NCBI GenBank assembly: GCA_964436005.1
Contig: CAYTBK010000001.1
Coordinates: forward strand, 21,526 to 85,525
Origin: an uncultured Acidobacteriota bacterium
GTDB lineage: Bacteria; Acidobacteriota; JAAYUB01
Direction: 5' to 3'
DNA: 64,000 nucleotides
Shown: positions 56,906 through 64,000 of the stretch, in pieces
How positions within the stretch are numbered: position 1 is the stretch's first letter
Layout: each line of letters opens with the position of its first letter
Made by a program: the position numbers and the translations under genes
The notes under the pieces: model-generated
Told to the model about the DNA's origin: nothing
The model's input: the letters and a program-made list of their open reading frames with translations, nothing else
Databases searched by the model: none

Positions 56906-57527
56906 ACTTCATCATTCCTGAAACGGGCCTGAACGTTTTCCTGTGCAAGGGGCACGGTCCATGCTCTTCCAACGCTGCGAGGTGCCGTGCCGTGCCGTAT
57001 CCCTTGTGCTCCTCGAAGCCGTACTGGGGGTACCGCCCGGCCGCCTCTACCATCCACCTGTCCCGCGTGACCTTGGCCACGATGGAGGCAGCCCCGATGG
57101 CGAGAGAAAGCCGGTCTCCCCGGACGATGGGGACGCTGCGGACCCTCGACCGCAGCGACAGTGCATCCACCAGAACCACATCGGGTTCCACGGAAAGCGA
57201 TTCCAGGACCCGCTCCATGGACAACTTCGTCGCCTGGAGCACATTTATCTCATCGATGATTTCGTTTTCAACAAAATCCACACCCCAGGCCCGGGATTTC
57301 CCCGTGATTTCCGGAAAGAGCGCCTCCCGCTTGTCCGCCCGGACCCGTTTGGAATCATCGACTCCAGGCACGTGCCAATCTTTGTCCAGGACAACCACCG
57401 CCGTCACGACAGGACCGGCCAAGGCTCCCCGCCCGACCTCGTCGACTCCGGCCACCCAGCGGCATCCTTCCTCATAGAACTGATTCTCAACCGGATACGT
57501 CCAACCGCAATCAAACAAAGTGGTCAT
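56889..57527 (-). CDS. rnhB: ribonuclease HII
   Basis: AGVDEVGRGALAGPVV and DDSK are present. The start MTTLFD at 57527 has a GGAAGGAAAG Shine-Dalgarno. The track start at 57542 lacks one. Confidence 0.85.
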   Translation of the reverse strand: MTTLFDCGWTYPVENQFYEEGCRWVAGVDEVGRGALAGPVVTAVVVLDKDWHVPGVDDSKRVRADKREALFPEITGKSRAWGVDFVENEIIDEINVLQATKLSMERVLESLSVEPDVVLVDALSLRSRVRSVPIVRGDRLSLAIGAASIVAKVTRDRWMVEAAGRYPQYGFEEHKGYGTARHLAALEEHGPCPLHRKTFRPVSGMMKYGSNQ

Positions 57528-57623
57528 GGGCTTTCCTTCCATGCCTATGATACATCACTTCGAAGTAACCGAATACAAAAAAACCCGGTCGAAGCCGGGT
57601 TTACGTCAGTCCTGCGGGATTGT

Positions 57624-57974
57624 TCACTTTTCGCGGTGAACTTCCTTCAACCGGGAGGCTTTTCCTCTCAACTCTCTGAGATAATAGAGCTTCGCCCTTC
57701 TGACCTTGGCCGAGCGGATGACGTCCACTTTCTCGATGGTGGGGGTGTGCAAGGGGAAAACCCTCTCCACACCGTACCCGAAGGACTGCTTCCGAACGGT
57801 GAAAGTCTCGCTTACGCCGCCGTGCTTGCGGGCAATGACCACGCCCTCGAAGATCTGGATACGATACTTGTCGCCTTCCGGAATCTTGACGTGCACGCGT
57901 ACGGTATCGCCGATCCGGAAATCGGAAATATCGTTCCGCAGGAATTCCTGTTCAATGAAATCGAGCTTCTGCAT
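57624..57974 (-). CDS. rplS: 50S ribosomal protein L19
   Basis: It matches the bL19 family over its full length ([16 protein letters not shown]). Confidence 0.9.
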   Translation of the reverse strand: MQKLDFIEQEFLRNDISDFRIGDTVRVHVKIPEGDKYRIQIFEGVVIARKHGGVSETFTVRKQSFGYGVERVFPLHTPTIEKVDVIRSAKVRRAKLYYLRELRGKASRLKEVHREK

Positions 57975-57994
57975 GTTCTAACCTCGTCGATGAA

Positions 57995-58681
57995 TTATCC
58001 TCTTTCATTTCGTATCAGATCAGGCCTTCTGGCCTGGGTCGCTTCCAGTGCCCTGGCCTCCCGCCAGGCTTTGATCCGTTTGTGGTCGCCGGAAAGAAGC
58101 ACCTCCGGAACCGCCGCCCCTTCGAACTCTGCCGGACGCGTATAGACCGGATAGTCCAGCAGGCCGTTCTCGAACGATTCGTTGACGATCGAATCGGGAT
58201 GGCCCACTACGCCCGGAACCAAACGCACGATGGCATCCGTCAGCATCATCGCGCCGAACTCGCCGCCGCTCAGGACGAGGTCTCCGACGGAGATTTCCTC
58301 ATCGACGAACGCATCGACGATGCGCTGATCAACCCCCTCGTAACGGCCGCAAAGCAGAACCATCGCCTTTTTTTCGGAAAGACGGCGGACCACCTTCTGG
58401 TCGACCCGACGCCCCTGGGGCGTGAGATAGACCACCCAGGCGCCCCCGCTTTTCTCCCGCAAGGCCCGGATGGCGGCCGCCAGGGGTTCCGGCTTGAAAA
58501 CCATTCCTTCCCCCCCCCCGAACGGCCGATCGTCCACCGTCCGATGGACGTCCGTCGCAAAATCCCGCAGGTTGACGACGTCGACCTGGACCAGGCCCGA
58601 CTTCCTTGCTTTGCCCAGCACGCCCCACGCAAAGACGCCGTCGAACATGCCGGGGAAAATGGTCAGGATGGAAATCCGCAT
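57995..58681 (-). CDS. trmD: tRNA (guanine37-N1)-methyltransferase TrmD
   Basis: SPOUT-class motifs are present (MRISILTIFPGMF; LLCGRYEGVDQR; LSGGE). Confidence 0.9.
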   Translation of the reverse strand: MRISILTIFPGMFDGVFAWGVLGKARKSGLVQVDVVNLRDFATDVHRTVDDRPFGGGEGMVFKPEPLAAAIRALREKSGGAWVVYLTPQGRRVDQKVVRRLSEKKAMVLLCGRYEGVDQRIVDAFVDEEISVGDLVLSGGEFGAMMLTDAIVRLVPGVVGHPDSIVNESFENGLLDYPVYTRPAEFEGAAVPEVLLSGDHKRIKAWREARALEATQARRPDLIRNERG

Positions 58682-58682
58682 G

Positions 58683-59213
58683 TCAGTCGTTCAACCGCCG
58701 CAACTCGTCGTAGTTGGCCACCACCACCGTGGCGGGGTCGCCGCGCTTTACGCAGACCACGTATTTCTCCACGAACGGCAACAGGAACAAGTCGCGCCCG
58801 GAGCGGATTTCCAGCATTTCCACGGAAAGGTCGGGCCTTACGTTTTCGACGGTCCCCACTTCGGCGCCCGTCTCATCGACGACCCGGGCACCGACGAGTT
58901 CGTACTGGTAGAACTCGCCGTCAGCGGGGGGAGCAAGCTTCTCTTTCTCAAAGAACAGATCGACGCGGCGAAGGCCTTCCGCCGCATCCCGGTCCCCGAC
59001 GCCTTCAAACTCCACGATCAGCATGCCCCGATGGCCTCGGAGCCGAAGGATTGTCCGACTCCCCAGGTCCACGGATTCCTGCCGGCAAGACAGCGTCACG
59101 CCAGGTTCAAAAACCCCTTCGACATCGCAGTGTACCATGACCATCACTTCGCCGCGAATTCCGTGGGGCTTTACGATTGTACCGACATGCACAAGGTCAG
59201 CCGAAACCATCAC
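58683..59213 (-). CDS. rimM: 16S rRNA processing protein RimM
   Basis: VGTIVKPHGIRGEV and a PRC barrel are present. Confidence 0.85.
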   Translation of the reverse strand: MMVSADLVHVGTIVKPHGIRGEVMVMVHCDVEGVFEPGVTLSCRQESVDLGSRTILRLRGHRGMLIVEFEGVGDRDAAEGLRRVDLFFEKEKLAPPADGEFYQYELVGARVVDETGAEVGTVENVRPDLSVEMLEIRSGRDLFLLPFVEKYVVCVKRGDPATVVVANYDELRRLND

Positions 59214-59217
59214 CAGC

Positions 59218-59448
59218 TTATTCCAGGATTTCCAAAACGAAACGCTTGTGCATCTTCATTCCGGCGGCCCCCAGAATCGTACGGACGGCGCGGGCCGTTC
59301 GCCCCTGTTTTCCGATGACCTTGCCAAGATCGGCCTGAGCGACGCGCAGTTCGAGCACCGTGGTCTGCTCACCTTCGACCTCGGTGACATTCACCTGTTC
59401 CGGATTATCCACAAGCACCTTGGCGATCATCTCCAGCAGTTCTTTCAT
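59218..59448 (-). CDS. KH-domain RNA-binding protein (UPF0109/YlqC-like)
   Basis: The GxxG loop is [14 protein letters not shown]. The start MKELLEM has an AGGAGGA Shine-Dalgarno. The track start at 59463 is a GTG. Confidence 0.7.
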   Translation of the reverse strand: MKELLEMIAKVLVDNPEQVNVTEVEGEQTTVLELRVAQADLGKVIGKQGRTARAVRTILGAAGMKMHKRFVLEILE

Positions 59449-59507
59449 CGCTTCCTCCTGCACGCTTGATCCACGTTGTGCCGGAAGCGCTCCGGCACAC
59501 TTCCTCC

Positions 59508-59750
59508 TCAGGCTTTTTCGGAGGATTTCTCAATCAGGTGGCTGACGGTCTCGCTAGGCTTGGCACCCTGGCTCTTCCAGTAGTTGATGCGGTCCATATC
59601 GAGGGAAAACTCCGTCTTTTCCGGCATGGGGTTATAATGACCGACGATTTCCAGGAAACGACCGTCGCGGGCCCTGGACTTTTCGATCACGACGACGCGG
59701 TAAAAAGGGCTTTTCTTAGAGCCCTTTCTTGTCAATCGGATAGCTAACAA
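59508..59750 (-). CDS. rpsP: 30S ribosomal protein S16
   Basis: [20 protein letters not shown] is present. The likely TTG start is 6 nt after GGAGG. The track start at 59756 would be 0 nt from the SD. Confidence 0.8.
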   Translation of the reverse strand: MLAIRLTRKGSKKSPFYRVVVIEKSRARDGRFLEIVGHYNPMPEKTEFSLDMDRINYWKSQGAKPSETVSHLIEKSSEKA

Positions 59751-59923
59751 GGACAACCTCCAGTCAAAAATATCGGCCGGTTATCTAACCACAGGATGGG
59801 CCCGAAAGCAAGCAGTATTTCACGTCGAATTCCCTTTCTCGCTTGAGAAAGAATTTGACAGTGCAACCGGGACTGTGATATCAAAAGACCCTGCAAATAA
59901 TTCTAAGTGCGAAGGAGGAACGC

Positions 59924-60262
59924 ATGCAAATCAGTGAAAAGCAAGTCGGCGCCGTGCTGGTGCTTCAAATTCACGGGAAAATCCTGATGGGTGAAGGCAA
60001 TGTCGCCATCAAGAAGAAGATCCAGGAAAAGGTCGCCGCCGGCGTGAAGGACATCGTTCTGGATCTCGCGGAAGTTCCGTATATCGACAGCTCCGGTCTC
60101 GGCGAACTGATCAGCAGCTACACCACCATCCAGAAAGCCGGTGGCAAGCTCAAGCTGGCCAACCTGACCAACAAGATCGTCGACCTGCTCTCCATCACCA
60201 AGCTCGTCACCGTTTTCGAGTATTTCGGCTCGGTCGAGGAAGCGGTCGCCTCGTTCAAGTAG
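59924..60262 (+). CDS. STAS-domain anti-sigma-factor antagonist (SpoIIAA-like)
   Basis: 112 aa. A conserved Ser context DSSGLGEL is present. The SD is GAAGGAGGA. Confidence 0.8.
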   Translation: MQISEKQVGAVLVLQIHGKILMGEGNVAIKKKIQEKVAAGVKDIVLDLAEVPYIDSSGLGELISSYTTIQKAGGKLKLANLTNKIVDLLSITKLVTVFEYFGSVEEAVASFK

Positions 60263-60289
60263 AACGAACGGCTCTTCAACCTGCCTGCC

Positions 60290-60322
60290 AATAGCCCGGC
60301 CGCGCCGGGCTATTGTTTTTTC
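60290..60322 (+). terminator. rho-independent terminator (AATAGCCCGGC cgc GCCGGGCTATT followed by GTTTTTTC)
   Basis: Read directly. It overlaps the stop codon of the convergent TPR gene. Confidence 0.7.
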
Positions 60323-61269
60323 AGGCTGAGGTTGGTGTTCACGCGGTTCAAGGAATCCCGCGACTCCGCGTTGTCTTCCCTGCTCAGGGCCCGCTGGTAG
60401 AAGCATCTGGCGGCCTCCAGCCTCTTCAGCCGCTCCGCGACGTGGCCGCGATAGTACCAGTAGCGATACGAATCCTGAAAATGGGATTCCAGACCCTCCA
60501 GCAGCATGTCGGCCGCTTCCCACTTCTTCAGCCCGATTTCCGCCAGGGCCAGGTTGAACCTGGCTCCGGCGTAGGTCGGATACTGCCGGCCGATCAGGGT
60601 GTACAGCTTTTCGGCCTCGTCGTAGCGCTTCTCCTTCAAGGCGGTTGCCGCCTCGTCTTCCTGCAGCGCGGCCAGGAACCGCCGCGCGACGGTGGCCGTC
60701 GCCGAGGCGGCCGCCGCCCGCAGGTAGGGGAGGCCGTCGTCCACCATCCCCATCCGGATCAGGCTCATGCCCAGGCACTCGTAATCCCGCGGGAGTCCCT
60801 TGCCGTCCTGGACCACTTCCTTGAGTTCCCTGGCCGCCAGGCTGAACTTTTCCTGGAGGAAGAGCAACCAACCGCGCAACCGGTGGCAGGTCAGGACATC
60901 TTCCTTTTCCACCAGGCGGGAGGAAACCGCGTCGAGGTCGGCCAGGGCGGCTTCGTACTGGCCCAGGCGGTACCGGGCCTCGGCGGAGGCCAGGAACAGC
61001 ACGACGTCCAGGCATTGCAGAGATTTGGCCCGATCCAGCGCCCGCAGCGCCATGGAGAAATCCTCCATCCGCAGGAAGCACAACCCGGCCAGCAGGTGCC
61101 CCTCCTTCCACCCGGGATCCCGCTGAATGCCGGGTTGGAGTTCGCGAAGCGCTTCCTGGTACCGGCCGTCGCGGTACAGCTGCAAGGCCGCCTCGGCATC
61201 GGCCAGGCAACAGCCTGCACCCACGGCCGCGGCCAGGCAGAGAACGAGCATCATCCTTTGAATGGACAT
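60310..61269 (-). CDS. secreted TPR-repeat protein
   Basis: The start MSIQRMMLVLCLAAAVGAGCCLA (signal peptide) lies inside ORF 60310..61353. TPR-like helical repeats follow. Confidence 0.7.
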   Translation of the reverse strand: MSIQRMMLVLCLAAAVGAGCCLADAEAALQLYRDGRYQEALRELQPGIQRDPGWKEGHLLAGLCFLRMEDFSMALRALDRAKSLQCLDVVLFLASAEARYRLGQYEAALADLDAVSSRLVEKEDVLTCHRLRGWLLFLQEKFSLAARELKEVVQDGKGLPRDYECLGMSLIRMGMVDDGLPYLRAAAASATATVARRFLAALQEDEAATALKEKRYDEAEKLYTLIGRQYPTYAGARFNLALAEIGLKKWEAADMLLEGLESHFQDSYRYWYYRGHVAERLKRLEAARCFYQRALSREDNAESRDSLNRVNTNLSLKKQ

Positions 61270-61282
61270 GTTGACACCAGAA

Positions 61283-63571
<2,289 letters not shown>

Positions 63572-63574
63572 CCG

Positions 63575-63970
63575 TCATTCCCCGGCTATCCAGGCCTGCA
63601 GGCCTGCGCCTTCGAAACGGTTGGACAGGTCGGCCGGCCGGCCGGCCGGCAGGCCCTCGGTGGTGATGAGCTCCGGCAGTCCCATGACGTAGTCGCCGGT
63701 CGTGTCCATCTGGTTGAGAACGTTTCCGACGAACATGTTGACCGCCTCCTGGACCGTGCCCAGGACCATCTCCTCCTGCTGCTCCGGAACATCCACGCCC
63801 AGGAAGTTCGTCGTCATCAGGTTGGCCAGCGCCTGCTCGAAAGAGAAGAAGAAAATGACCGGGTCCTGGCCCGGCGCCCCCAGCTTGAGTCGGTAGCAGA
63901 TTTCCGGGCCAGGCTTCTTTTCTTCCAGCCCCTCGTCGTAGTCGGGGAAAAGGAAGAACATTTCCGACAT
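63575..63970 (-). CDS. CheX/CheC-like chemotaxis phosphatase-like protein (tentative)
   Basis: 131 aa and acidic. It is adjacent to cheD and cheB with 3-nt spacing. A CheC-family-like segment EAVNMFVGNVLNQ is present. It lies near the window edge. Confidence 0.45.
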   Translation of the reverse strand: MSEMFFLFPDYDEGLEEKKPGPEICYRLKLGAPGQDPVIFFFSFEQALANLMTTNFLGVDVPEQQEEMVLGTVQEAVNMFVGNVLNQMDTTGDYVMGLPELITTEGLPAGRPADLSNRFEGAGLQAWIAGE

Positions 63971-64000
63971 GACTTTAGAAATCGCATTCTCCAGAATCGG

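Overview
High-GC (roughly 65-70%) Gram-negative chromosomal window. All calls come from reading the sequence and the ORF track; nothing was searched against a database. I support about 58 protein-coding genes. I see no rRNA, tRNA, CRISPR array, transposase or integrase. Many long Arg/Pro/Gly-rich ORFs in the track are frame artefacts of the GC-rich DNA and overlap real genes. The track also uses GTG/TTG starts.

Landmarks, left to right:
- An AbiEi-like wHTH gene with a standalone NFACT-R (DUF814) gene, then cheW and glgP.
- rsmD; a J-domain/DUF4388/TPR protein; lpxD; and a rubredoxin plus flavodiiron-protein (ROO-like) oxygen/NO detoxification pair.
- fabH.
- A roughly 20-kb, compositionally lower-GC, Wzx/Wzy-dependent polysaccharide (O-antigen/EPS-type) locus at 12.3-32.5 kb. 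It holds several GT4 glycosyltransferases, a flippase, two paralogous Wzy-like proteins, an asparagine-synthase-like amidotransferase, a DUF354 protein, a WbpB/WbpE/WbpD-like diacetamido-sugar module, an atypical initiating phosphoglycosyltransferase, a heparinase II/III-family lyase and a SAM methyltransferase.
- aspS with a cNMP-binding/DUF4388 protein and a CDP-alcohol phosphatidyltransferase.
- A 1-kb repeat-rich non-coding region.
- A BlaI/BlaR1-like repressor and M56 sensor-protease pair whose sensor is not a PBP domain, followed convergently by a cluster of secreted proteins (lipoprotein, DUF1573, M35 aspzincin peptidase).
- phoH-ddl plus a zinc-ribbon membrane protein, the ribosomal protein THX, and a TonB-dependent receptor.
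- HAD-thiC-thiE, a 1134-aa TPR protein, and the conserved rpsP-KH-rimM-trmD-rplS-rnhB cluster.
- A STAS protein, pyrF, and cheB-cheD-cheX-like.

Gene content (rubredoxin:FDP, THX, DUF1573, DUF4388, many che genes, heparinase, TonB receptor) suggests an anaerobic or microaerophilic high-GC lineage such as Acidobacteriota or Myxococcota/Desulfobacterota. This is low-confidence inference.

The candidates I think most worth follow-up are the BlaI / atypical-BlaR1 module with its upstream repeat array, and the unusual features of the polysaccharide island.
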